Below, in pieces: positions 50,598 to 62,279 of a stretch of 64,000 nucleotides of DNA. The stretch's first letter is position 1, and every line of letters begins with the position of its first letter. Below the pieces are notes generated by a model. That model was not told the origin of the DNA, did no database searches, and saw only the letters and a program-made list of their open reading frames with translations. Source of the stretch: Rhodosorus marinus CCMP1338 (Eukaryota; Plantae; Rhodophyta). The position numbers and the translations under genes are program-made. Where the stretch lies: NCBI GenBank assembly GCA_029953675.1, contig JAMWBK010000008.1:434001-498000 (forward strand). Reading direction: 5' to 3'.

Positions 50598-51609
50598 GCT
50601 TCCCCAGTCTAAGCTCTCAGCAGCAATCCATTCCCGTCCTATGCCGAGTTCCTGATCATGGCGGTTGACTCTCGTCGCGCTAACCTCCTGACTCTCGCCT
50701 TCACCGACGCATCAGGCCTCACCTCATCCCTCCACTCCTAGCTCACAATTATCAAGCTCTGAGCAAACTTGATCACTGGCGACGGTGATCGGTCTGTAGT
50801 TACCGAGGCGATATCCTCATACTGGGTGTCGTGCTCGTCGCCATGCAGACGAAGGTGCATCTCGAAGTTGATTTTGAGATCTGCGCCTGTGTAGGATGGC
50901 TCGTGCTCATTCAAAGGAGCCGAACTGCTGTCGGCGGTTGCCCCGCCATATCAGAGACATCTGCGGTAAGGCCCAATCCTCTTGCTTGGAAACGGTTCGA
51001 AACGATCTGGGAGATGGGCCATAGCCAGGGATTGAGTAAACGCGACTGAGAAACGGAAGTCGGACAAGATCCGAAAGGATGAGTTGAATCGGTTGGACTC
51101 CTGACGAGACTATGCTCGCAGTCGATCCGTTGGAGGATTGCTCCACGATCCACACTGCCAGAGGGCATAACTCGGGACGACCATGACATCCAGCATCGAA
51201 TAGAGAATCACACGAGCGAATACAACCAGACTGACCGCAAGGTACGGTAAACGAATACGACTGCTCAGCGCATTCCAAAAGCTACAAGCTTTTGATCTAT
51301 GTACAGAGATGTCTCTACAGACGGTTTGTGATCCTCTTCCTGGTCTCTACCCAGCAAGCTAGTGACGAACAGCACTGTTCTGACATGAAACCACAAGCCG
51401 GAGCCCTTTCTCGGTCGGTTTTGGGCCCACGCGCGGTATTCTCCTTTTCCAACCAGAGCCTGTCAAGAAGTCCCTGCCGCCGTCGTGGTGTTCACATAGC
51501 TCGACTGAAAGTGAGGATCGACGTGCTATCCATTCCGCGGTTTCTGACAGTCTGATTGTGAGAAGTTGGGTTGTTCTTTTAGTTCCTTTTCTGTCTTTTC
51601 TTGAAGAGA

Positions 51610-52686
51610 TTAAACATCCACCTCCTTGAGGAAGACGGGCCTGTTCTCTGCTGCTGATAGTTTGCATGCCATAGCAGCCAAGATTGGCGCACGCCCATCG
51701 TAACCGCCGACAGATGGTTCCTTCTGATTCACGATCATGTCGACAAACTCGGTCATGATATCTCTGTATCCCTCGGTGTATCGGTCCATGAAGAAGGAGA
51801 AGGGAAGTCCAGAAGTAATTCCTTCGCCGTTGCTCAGGACAACTTCACTCGGGCCCCTGTTGTTCCCAGTGAGCGTTCCTTTGGATCCGAACACCTCGAT
51901 TCGCTGATCGTATCCAAAAGCGCACGAGCGGCTGTTCTCAATTGTTCCAAAGCTTCCATTTTTCATTCGCAGCATGGTAACTACTGAATCAAAGTCCTCT
52001 GCCTCGGCGGCCTCCGGGTCGAAAGCCTTACCAGTCACAAACACTTCATCGATCTCGCTCTGACTGACAAATCTCGCCATGTCAAAGTCGTGGGAGATCA
52101 TGTCCAAGAAGATTCCTCCAGACTTCTTCAAGTACTCTGCCGGTGGAGGCGCGGGATCTCTCGACGTGATATGGAACATTCTAACGTCTCCAATAGCGCC
52201 GTTGACGATCTCCTGCTTCACCTTCCTGAAGTTCGGGTCGAACCTGCGCTGGAATCCAGTGAGCAGACGGACGCCCTTGTCCTCAACCACCTTGAGGCAC
52301 TTGTCGATCACTTCCAGGTCGTTCGAGATCGGCTTCTCGCAAAAGATGTCCTTTCCGGCTTCTGCACTCGCGATGATCTGCTCAGCATGGTACGGAGTGG
52401 GAGATCCAATCACCACTCCTTGAACGCGAGGGTCGTTAACGAGGTCCTTGTAGTCCGCAACGAAATCAGCCCCGAAGGACTTTGCTACCGGCTCAGCAAA
52501 GTCCACTATCGGATCCGCCATCACCACCAACTTAGCATCCATAGAAGCGGCAAGCGTCTTAGCATGAACCTGTCCGATCCTTCCACATCCAATAACCCCA
52601 ATCCCAACCGGCTCAGCGCTCATCCGAATAGCCCGACGGGCTCCCGGCTTACCACCAAATCCGCCCGATAGAACGAAACAAACCAT
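51610..52686 (-). CDS. myo-inositol 2-dehydrogenase (IolG, Gfo/Idh/MocA), intronless, possible plastid transit peptide
   Basis: GVIGCGRIG, CEKP, GFQRRFDPNF, SRDPAPP, GGIFLDMISHDFDMARF and YDQRIEVFGSKG. Leader is MVCFVLSGGFGGKPGARRAIRM. Confidence 0.92.
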   Translation of the reverse strand: MVCFVLSGGFGGKPGARRAIRMSAEPVGIGVIGCGRIGQVHAKTLAASMDAKLVVMADPIVDFAEPVAKSFGADFVADYKDLVNDPRVQGVVIGSPTPYHAEQIIASAEAGKDIFCEKPISNDLEVIDKCLKVVEDKGVRLLTGFQRRFDPNFRKVKQEIVNGAIGDVRMFHITSRDPAPPPAEYLKKSGGIFLDMISHDFDMARFVSQSEIDEVFVTGKAFDPEAAEAEDFDSVVTMLRMKNGSFGTIENSRSCAFGYDQRIEVFGSKGTLTGNNRGPSEVVLSNGEGITSGLPFSFFMDRYTEGYRDIMTEFVDMIVNQKEPSVGGYDGRAPILAAMACKLSAAENRPVFLKEVDV

Positions 52687-53339
52687 ATTCTCGGTTTTGC
52701 CTTTACTTAACAACTTTGCTATCTCCCTTTCCAAAGATCTAAGATCCCAATTCAATCCTCTAAACTCACAAAAACCCCAAAACTCTACGTCTGGCTCCTC
52801 TCCATCCCCTCAATTCCACCCGCATTCCAACCAATGTCCTTAATAACTTTCCGTCAACGGATCCGCTTGCGACGTCGATATTTATCTAGATAATAAATTT
52901 CATCTCTACCCTCATAATTTATATATTTGAACAATAATATAGTCCTATCTATATTATTTTAAGATATTTCATTGCATAATAAAATTACTATTTAGCCAAT
53001 TATTAGAACCTAAACGTGATAAGAAAGTTTTAGACTCTCTGGTTGGACGATCGATCAGGTGCGATATAAGGCTCTTCTGGATAATCATTGGATAATCCTA
53101 TGATAGTTGGCCAATTGAAGGTGCTTGCTGACAGTAGAGCGGAGACTTTGGAATAATCATTGGATATATATTTAACAGTTTTTGTGAAATAAAATTTTAT
53201 ATTCAGGTAATATTATTAGGTTAGATAAGGTTCATTGGATGGGCATAGATATACTGTAATCCAATGAAACTGTCTGATTTGATCGCTCTCCTGATGACGC
53301 CGAGTTGGCCGGACGGGTTGGGTACGCATAGGAGGTAGC

Positions 53340-53548
53340 GAACCACTCCACGGAGATCAATCCCGCTGCCTAGTGCATCCCATTCTCCATCAAAAGAATT
53401 CCACAGTGACAGGGCGAATCCATAGGAGCGCAGGTTGCGTTCGCATATGGGATACGAACCACTCCACGGAGGAGTCAATCCCGCTGCCTTGTACTGCCCA
53501 TTCTCCGTCTAAAGAATTCCACAGTGGCAGCGCGAATCCATAGGAGGG
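53340..53548. repeat. Tandem duplication, ~116-bp unit x ~1.8
   Basis: GAACCACTCCACGGAG..TCAATCCCGCTGCCT..CCCATTCTCC..AAAGAATTCCACAGTG..GCGAATCCATAGGAG at 53340 and 53456. Confidence 0.9.
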
Positions 53549-53590
53549 AAAGTGACGAGCAGACCTGGAGCAGGGGTTGTTTTTTCATCG

Positions 53591-55329
53591 CTATCCCCAT
53601 TGCGTCGCCATCACGGACGCCAGTCTCTGTTCGCTCTCTTGAAGAGTCCTCCCTGAAACGCGTTTCCACTGAGCAGCACGTCGAACCGGTTGTTCCCACC
53701 ACGTCTTCAGGCTCTCGGCTGCATCGTTTGCTACTCTAGGAATAGTCTGCTCCAAAAACTCAGCTGTCTGAGCCAGGTGAGGCGAGAATTCGTCGACCTG
53801 CTCATCTCGGAGCTTGTTCAGTCTCCTGAGAGTTTCGGTCGAGCTGCTAATCGCTATGGGCGCCTCAATTCTCTCCAATTCCGCAGCCCTGGTTTCCAGC
53901 TTGCTCCCGTCGTCCCTCGCCCTAAATGCTTTGGCAACCCGGAGGAGGAATCGATCTCCTCCTACCCCCTCGATTGCTGGCTGAGATCCTTGTCCATGGG
54001 GCTGAGTACAGAGGTCGTCGTTCACCATGGTGCTCGTAACGTACAGTGAGCTTCGCGGTACTCGTCCGATTGATAGCTGGACCCGGGCGTGCTTTGCAAG
54101 GTCAAGACACTGTGCACGAGATATCCGCATCCTCGCGAGGTCTTGCTGTTCCTGTGTATGAGCCTTACTTTCCTCAAGCTGTGCTATGAGCTCTCGCTGA
54201 AATGAATATTCTATTCTTTGATTCATCTGTTTCACAGAATCCCACGTGCTAATAGCCGTCGTCCGCGTCTCCAGTGCAAGTTGGCGCTGCTGGCGCAGTT
54301 CGCCCATCATATTTGCTAGGGTGGAGATGGATTCAACCGAATCCGACAGGGTCATTGCCAGCTCGTTTATTCTGCTGCAGACAATCTCCCCCGACGAGCG
54401 AAGAACTTTCAGCGCAGCGATTTCTCCTCGCGCGATTACCTCGAGAATTGCAATGGGATCATGCTGCACAGACTTGACGCGTTCAACGATTTCATTCTCC
54501 GCATTTTCACGTTCAACCTTAAGCTGTTGGCAAGCCAGTGCCTCGTGGACGTGCCACAGTTGAAGATCCTTGAGCAGTTGCTTCCGCGCTCCTGATAGCT
54601 CGGTGACCAGCTCTGTCTCCAAATTACCAGCGTCGGTCAGTCTCACGTCAGCGGCTGGACTTCGTATGGTTTCCAAATCCTAGAGGCAGTCACAGCAAGC
54701 ACAGCTCAGATTAAAGTCCAGACGGATTCAAGAGGATTCCCGTTTTCGAAGAGGCTACCGTTGACGCCTTCTCCACCGTATAAGAAAGTTCTTCGAGGAT
54801 ATTTTCCATCTGCTTGGACTCATTCTGAATCTGAACTCTTTGCAACTCCATGAGAGCCTGCTTCTTCCCCGTCTGACGCAATCTGTAGAATGAGCACTTG
54901 AGTTGAGCGTAAATCGAACACGCGGAAAAAGAAGAAAAGGGGCGTAAAGCGACACGAATGGGCTTGAATAATGTCGTACTTTCCATGAGTCTGAACCAAC
55001 TTGTGCCCGCAGAAGGATAGTTCTGTCTGCAGCTTATTGATATCGTTTTGCAAGGATTCCAACTTATCTCTGTACTGAAGTCGTCTCTTCAACAGGGCAG
55101 TCTTCCTTTCTGATCTAGATTGGCCAGACCCTTTTGTTTCCACTCCATTTAGTCTCAAGTTGGCTCGAATGAGATCAGCGTGCTCCTTTGATTTAAGGCG
55201 CTCCACGAGAAACTGCATGATCTCCGCCCCACGACCCCGACAGATGTGCTTCAGGACCTCCCTTTCCGGAACCTTCTTCATGCCCAGACATGACGTCGCC
55301 CATTCTGAGACCTTTTCAGGCAATTCCAT
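53591..55329 (-). CDS. HAUS5/augmin subunit 5-like coiled-coil protein, 3 exons
   Basis: The N-terminus EWATSCLGM..P..VLKHICRG..IMQFLVERLKSKEHADLIRANLRLNG matches the HAUS5 N-terminal pattern. Long coiled coil follows, ending in W..QP..W. Confidence 0.62.
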
Positions 55330-56685
55330 TAATCCAGCCGCAGCTCAAAGCTGAACGGGACAAAATCTTAAGTAGTCGCTGACCACTACGCCTCCCGCGG
55401 ACTAGAATAAAACCGACATCGTTTTCGTGCTCCAACAGAGGCTCATAGCTCAGCATAAACCCACCCTATAGCGCGACATGCCCTTCTTCAGTAAACCGGG
55501 AGTTCCGGGGGAGGACACAATCCCCCCCCCACCTGAGCAGGTCAGGAGCTGACCACGAAGCAGTCCGATCGGGTAGTCGCCAAAATTTGAATTTTTAAAA
55601 AACGCCAATAATAATTTAGTAATAATTTAGTACAAGCAACTTGTACGAATACGCTCTATACAAAATATTGACTAGATCAATCATTATAAACATATACTAT
55701 TAATACATAATTGAAGAGTTTATTCGGTTTAACGTAACCCCAGACTCCGCACATAGTAGAATTCGTGAATATTTCGTACAGGATAGATTGTGTATTCTTA
55801 TCGATTACTGTATATGACTACTTGGTTGGATGCCGCTCGTTTGCCGAAAGCGAAAAGGTCGGTCGCGAGGACATCAGTGACCAATAAGAACAATACAACT
55901 CAACACCATCTAGACGACTTTTGGACCACTACGACTACGTTTAGAAGTATATTGTTGAAGTGTTTCTTACTCTCCTACAGTTTCAAATACATTATATTTA
56001 GCCTTAAATATATTCTGGATTGTCTCATATTTGGAGATTGGCTAGGATCTTCACCTCCTCGCAAGAACAAGTCCAAGTCTACAGTATTTCATCAATTTTT
56101 AATTTGATAACCAATTATATACGAACATCGAAGACATCATCCAATGGAGTCTGATCATCAGGCTATCCTACCAAAACGTGCACAAGAATCACCCTACCCC
56201 TAGAAAAAAAATACGAACCGCTTATTATAGAAGTGACAATGCCCTTGGTGAAAGGGGGGGTTAGGATTTAAAATTCATGTAGTTCGTACATGATGAAAAA
56301 CAACTAATAAAGGAAAATAGGTTGTACTTTTTCGAATCTCTCAGGGGAAATTACAAAATTCCTTTTGTCCGGAGGGTACTGACGGCAAGGGTAAAGGGAA
56401 AGGAGTTTTGTAACCGCCGGTGCACCCGCTCAAAAACACGAAAATAGCGAAACAAAATCAAGCCTATGAAAAAAGGAATAAATCTCAAAAACTCCGGAGC
56501 ATTAATAAACCTTCTTCCCCCTCCCCCCCCCTCTCCCCGCTCGTCTATTCTATTCCCCTTTCCAAAGACGTTCAGAGTTTCTCCCCTGTACGAATATCTT
56601 TATGAGATAATACCCAATATAATGGATAAACGCACTGGGAAGAGACCAAGTTGCCACCTAAATAACCAGCAAAACGGTAACCCTT

Positions 56686-56847
56686 TTTTCTATCGACGTT
56701 GGCGGGGGGCACGGCCACCAATCGATATCCGATAAATTTAATTATTTCAAAATTCAATGACACAATTGCCTATGGAAATCCACCGTTTATTGATTTCGAT
56801 AGATCGACGATCCACCGGTTTTCTATCGACGTTGGCGGGGGGCACGG
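56686..56847. repeat. Identical 29-bp direct repeat pair, 133 bp apart
   Basis: TTTTCTATCGACGTTGGCGGGGGGCACGG at 56686-56714 and 56819-56847. Confidence 0.92.
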
Positions 56848-57202
56848 GCAGAGGCCCGGGGGGTTTGGAGTGCTGTCATTGTTTTTCTGGCCGCAAAACG
56901 ACACTAAATTATGGAAAGTGGTAGTGATGTTTGCTGAGCGTCCGTTTTTTCTTTTGGTTTTAGAAGGGAGGAGGGGTGGTGGGGGTGGGTAGGATAGGAT
57001 TGTCCTTGTTAAGTCCTTTCCTGTGATAACAGGATTTTTAAGTATTTGGTTGAGTTTTAGAAACGGGAGAGTTTCGGCGGGCGGGCGTTAAGTGTGTAGG
57101 GAGGCTTGGATGGGAGGGGGTAGGCCGGGACTCATCTTTGTTTGGCTTTGTGTATTGATGATGAGCCTGGTGTAAAGGCTTTGTTTTGTAGTTGTGGGAA
57201 GG

Positions 57203-57529
57203 ATGGCGTTGTCTTTGAGCGGGGAGAAGAGGGTGGGAAGTTCGAGTACATTGAGTGATGGGTCTTCGCAGGATTGTTTTGGGACCCGAGCTCATGAGCT
57301 TTTAACAGATGCGGATGTGGTAGATTTCCTGACCGCTGTGGATGCGCAAGTGAGGCACCAGAGGAGATGGCTTGATGCCACCCAGCAGAGAAGATTGGAG
57401 GCTTTGCACCTTCAGGCTGCCACTGACGAGTGTATGGAACTCTCCGATGTGGTGGAGTACTTGGAGGAGCAGAATGGAAAGCTGGTATCCAACCTGTCGT
57501 CCGGATCCCGATCTGATCTCTCCCGATAA
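57203..57529 (+). CDS. Small hypothetical coiled-coil protein (108 aa)
   Basis: ATG ORF with coding-like composition; LEALHLQAATDECMELSDVVEYLEEQNGKL is heptad-like. No family recognised. Confidence 0.5.
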   Translation: MALSLSGEKRVGSSSTLSDGSSQDCFGTRAHELLTDADVVDFLTAVDAQVRHQRRWLDATQQRRLEALHLQAATDECMELSDVVEYLEEQNGKLVSNLSSGSRSDLSR

Positions 57530-58082
57530 ACGTGACGCCCCATCCTGTCCCACTTCAAGGGCGTCTTCGTCGAGACCCCATTATTCGTTTCTCTAAATTA
57601 TTATGGATAAATTATTCTGCGCAATGTTACTTCCGCTTTTTCTTTTTGCGCGTCTTTTTCCTCATCTGGCACAACTCCAGGCTGCGCAGCAGCCTGTGAG
57701 GAATAAAGTTTTGATGCAGGTGAGCCGTGGTGCAAGTCATCCGCATGGTGTGGGCTCCGTGATCAGCGTATGCCACGGTTCTCTTTTTGTTTTGTTTCTT
57801 AGAAAGAGATTGAAGTAAAAAACGAAACTCGAGTTCAAATCAGAGCTGTTGCGCGAGAGGGCGGTGAATTTGTAAGAGGCGGTCTCCGCAGGCTTCTGTT
57901 CATCAATTCAATAAAGGTAGGAACTTTGAGGAAGGTAAAAAGTAATACTTGAACTCCCGCGGAGCAGTCCGTGCGGGTTAGAGTTATCTTCCGAGACCTG
58001 TCTCGGTTTTTTTTTTCAGTCCACAAATTCTCATTTCTAAGCCGTTTTCTGGGCCGCTGGAAGTTTCCTCAACTTCGATTCA

Positions 58083-60311
58083 CTAAAAGCTCGGCCCTGT
58101 CGGCTGCTGCCTATCACGCCTCAAGTTTCCAGCACGTAGGGCGTTGAGTTGCCTGGTTGCTTGCCAATAGTTGAACCCTAGGATTGCTGCGCGGATGAGA
58201 ATATCCTTCCAGAAGTTCCTATTTCTGTACCACGGAACTCGTATCACAGCATCAGGTCCGAGCACAATCTCATCAACCTGCTTGCGCTCGCGCACAAGAT
58301 CGTCCATTCGAGCGCTCAATGCATCGCTCATCCTCGCTGCCATCTCCTCCACGTCATCCCCTTCCAATGCACACATTGTCACTGTAATGTGAAACTCCGA
58401 CAGCTGCTGATCACGTAGTCGCTTCACTCGTCGATCAAAATCACTACTTCCTTGGACGATCCCGCCCATTTGCGTCTCAAGCGCCTGGAAAACATGCGAT
58501 ATCCGCACGTGAGTCCGACTATATCCTCCTACTGGCAACGAACCAAACCATGCAGGCGCGACCCAGTTTGACGTACCCGAAGAGACTTGTCAGCTGCAGT
58601 ATTAAACAAGAGTACGCGGTCCGATTTGGCTCGCTCCAGTAACGCTGCGTCCAGTTCGTTTCGTTTGATGTCGAACGAATTACAGCGGCCTCTATATTTA
58701 CCAACGTCGGCTTCATACACATTCAGTGCTTTTCGCCGTAGAACGGAAAATCGCTCTACAAAGTCCGCCATGGGCTCCCTCCACGCAACTTCCAGCTAAG
58801 CAATGACAGAGTCGTGTGCAGTACCAGGTCCAAGCATTGAACGAGAAAACCGAAAAGCAGACGCAAAAGCAAGTTAGTTCCCCTAGTCACTGTCGCTGGA
58901 TGCTTCGCAAGGATTCTTGGATGCCTACGCTATATCGAAGGTCAAGGAACTCTTCCTCAACTGATCTCAGGGCCACGCTTCTGGCACCATCGCAAGTAAC
59001 TCGAAGAATCATTTCTACATGTTCGGGTAGATCCAATGTCCAGCCATCCGCATTGATATTTCTACCTATTGAATTCCAAACAGATACACAGTAGTCCTCA
59101 AATCTATTCAAAGAAACCTTCTTCGTACACCACGGACCAGCGCCTGATTTCAGTTGTGTTATTCAAGCAAGTTGAAGTTTCCAGATTAGCTCTTCATGAT
59201 TGAAAATTCGGGGCTCGTTCCGCATCTGAGAGAACTGCATCGAAGAGCACTGCTCCTTTTTGTTCGTCGTACCTTGTCGGAACGACTGCACCGCCTCGTT
59301 AAATCCGTCCATGTCATATTTCGGATGCGGGAACGATCGAAATTCCAGTGAAAACACATCACCCAACAACGGGCTTCCGTTTCCATTAGTTTCGTTCCAT
59401 ATTCGAACCAAATCCTTTGTCAGGATGTTCTCGACTTCGTCCAGGTTCGCAACTTCAGCGTCAAAATCCCTCACCGCAACTACAATTCGTTTCTAACCAA
59501 CCAAATAAGCGAACAATCCATGTCAATCTAATTTGTTCTTCAAACAATTTATCAAAAGCAATCTATATTATTAAGCAAAACAAAATGAACTTCAAATAAT
59601 AAAAATATACAATAGAAATACGTATTGGATTTTGCTAAAAAATAGATTCAGAGGATTGAGGACGAATCTGTATTGTATTGTTTTGAAAATAGATTGAGTG
59701 CAAAGTTTTCTTTGGTTTGCCTTCTCCCCATACCTTCTCTGCTCCCAACTGACCTATGCCAGCTTGTTTTCTCTGTGAGAAGACGACCTCGAAGAGATCA
59801 TAGTTTGCTGCTTGGTGTCTCCCGACATCATGGAGCCACATATTGACAACAATAACATCTGCCAGCGCCATTGAGAAGAGCGCAGTTCTCGCCTCGAAAC
59901 TCTGCATTCCTTCTCCTCGCTCACGACTGTCCGAACCTTCGACATCCAGAAGTACCACAGGAGAACCATCGTTCCTAGCCACAGCTCCCCATACTCCTAA
60001 TAGCAGAAACCAGTCGAAGAAGACGATGGAAAAGCACCGGACATCAGCGAACGCGCAACTTCGACAACGGCCGGGAGGCAGTAGAAACACACAGTACCTG
60101 TAGTGGTTCTTCTTCTCCCGGCTTTGTTCACGTCAAGCACAGGAAAATCAGTTCCAAATACTTTATTCAACAAAGTAGATTTTCCACTCGACTGACATCC
60201 AATCACAGCTACTACTCCATAATCCAAAACATCTCTATAGCCAATTCGACCTCTTCCCAATCTTCCCTCCCAACACTTCCCATCCTCGTCTATCAACTGT
60301 GCTCCATTCAT
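58083..60311 (-). CDS. Short RHD3/Sey1-like dynamin-family GTPase (~510 aa), ~6 exons
   Basis: G1 [20 protein letters not shown]3 [44 protein letters not shown] and G4 VRDFD. The C-terminus is [24 protein letters not shown]. Confidence 0.85.
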
Positions 60312-60463
60312 GTTTCTTCTACAAAACCCAAAGGACACTATATCTCAATCCATTCTTCAAACCTAAACCCAAACAACTTAACTAGACTAGCCTTCCAGAG
60401 CAACATCCGCAAACAATTTTCCACGGCCCGCGCGGTCCGCGTCCAACGCTCGGCCTTATGAAC

Positions 60464-61330
60464 GATGACAATTTTACCCGCCCTCTCGCTCCATCTTCGC
60501 CAATCAAATGGAATTTTCTCTCGTCTGATGGGATCCCTTCTTTTTGGTTCCTTTTCAAAGCCTTTTACATTTATTGGGCTTGGTGGGGGAGGGTAACTGT
60601 CTCAACTGATTTACTCATCCTCAACCAGTAGACTAGCTGAGCGAGCGCGTCCTACCGTCGGTGTCCTGCGCTCGTGCACAAGGATGACAGTTTTACCCGT
60701 GCTCGCGCTCTATCCTCGTCAATCAAATGGAATCGCTGCTCGTCCGTTTGGGATCCCCTCGTTTTTTGGGGGCTTCCGCTTTGAAGCTTTTTGCGTTTAT
60801 TGGGATTGGTGGGGCCGTCTTTGTGTAAGAGAAGGTTACTGTCTCAACTGATTTATACATCCTCGACCACCTAGACTAACTAAGCGAGCGCATTGAGAGT
60901 GAACAAAAAAAATAAACCGTGCTAATTCCACTAGCGCGAATCAAAAGGAATCGTGGTCCCCTGTGATCGGTTTGTTTCATCTAAAGATTCTGGCTCTGAA
61001 ATACTCTCTTTGGCAGATACGATGGGGTTCAGGTGTGCTAAGACCGATCGTTAGAGGACATGGATAGATCTCCGCACGCTTGAACCCGAGCGTATTCACC
61101 AACCACCAAAGCTTCTGACAGATCAAGGATAGGTCCAAGCAAATGTTTACTCGGCGGGGTGAGGGCTGCTGTCTCAGCCTGTTTCTTCACCCTCCGCAGC
61201 CCACAACGCTCACTGAGGATCACAAAAATTACCCGCGCTCGATCCATCCTCGCCGACCAGGTGGAATCGTCTTTCATCTGTGTGTCCCATCCAAAGCTCT
61301 TGCGTTTATTGAGCGCGATGAGGACTCCGT
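60464..61330. repeat. Degenerate ~220-bp repeat family: 2 good copies and 2 diverged copies
   Basis: GATGACA(A/G)TTTTACCCG..CAATCAAATGGAAT..GGGATCCC..TTTATTGGG.TTGGTGGGG..ACTGTCTCAACTGATTTA..CATCCTC..TAGACTA..AGCGAGCGC at 60464 and 60683; partial matches at ~60900 and ~61215. Confidence 0.85.
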
Positions 61331-62035
61331 GGGGCCAGAAGTGGGTTTCTGTGAGCCACATATATTGGCCTCAGTTGCTCGGCGTTATGAGTGTCGTCCT
61401 GTTCCACTAGGATGTCCCCTTCCCGAAACTAAATTTTTGCGCATCTAGTCATTTCCTCCCATTGTCTATGGATCTCAGAGCGACATGGTTATGATGTGCT
61501 CAGAGAGCGATTCCACTAGGGAGGTTGGAATTAGCCTCCCAACTCTTGGAGTTATCTTCCGTGAAGCGTTGATGCTCGCTTACCGATTGGCATATGCGCC
61601 AATGAATGATGTTAGCTTTTATTTAAGTTGCCCTCTTTCACCAGGCCATTCATTTCAATTCACGCAGCTCCGATGGGATTCGCTTCCTCATTCTCAAGGG
61701 TCGTTGATCGTTCACAACATCAAAGCGCCCCCTCTGCATGACCTCCCCCCTAACCGCCTGGGGATGAACTCCGTCCTGAGGATCCTTTGTGCTTAAGAGC
61801 AGCGGCTATCTCGGTTGGCATTGAGGCGTCGAACAACTTGCGTGCCAATAAGAGTTTTCTAAAGTGTTTTTCGAATGCTTTGCGAAGGTTTGCAGGTTTC
61901 GAGGGGCTTTGTCTACATTGAAAAGAGAGAGAGATAGAGAAAGAGAGATCTAACAAGGAGATTCAGTGGGCTGATAAGATTGAAGTTTCGGTGAGAGAGG
62001 ATGAGTGGTTTTGCCTTTTTGGGTGCTCGGTGAGT

Positions 62036-62209
62036 ATGGAGGACGTTCGGACTGAAGCGGAGCGTCGTTGTAAGAAACGTGCGTGTGAAATACAGGCTTG
62101 CCTCAAAAGGAATAAATACCAGCAGGACCAATGTAAACGGGAGCTGGACGATTACTTCTCCTGCGTGAAGAAGGCGGAAAAGCAGCTCTCGGAATCTTCG
62201 TTGAAATAA
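62036..62209 (+). CDS. CMC4: Twin CX9C mitochondrial IMS protein, CMC4/MTCP1-like (57 aa)
   Basis: CKKRACEIQACLKRNKYQQDQCKRELDDYFSC: two CX9C motifs with the AC.IQ.CL..N.Y pattern. Confidence 0.82.
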   Translation: MEDVRTEAERRCKKRACEIQACLKRNKYQQDQCKRELDDYFSCVKKAEKQLSESSLK

Positions 62210-62279
62210 GTTTTGGACGCGGTGGCTCTCCTTCGCTTTGCTTTTTTGGTTTACGCATTGTTATGTACTTGAACAGCTG

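Noticed and set aside
50640-51600. Several ORFs between TRM6 and IolG
   Set aside because: No coherent exon chain or known motif was found.
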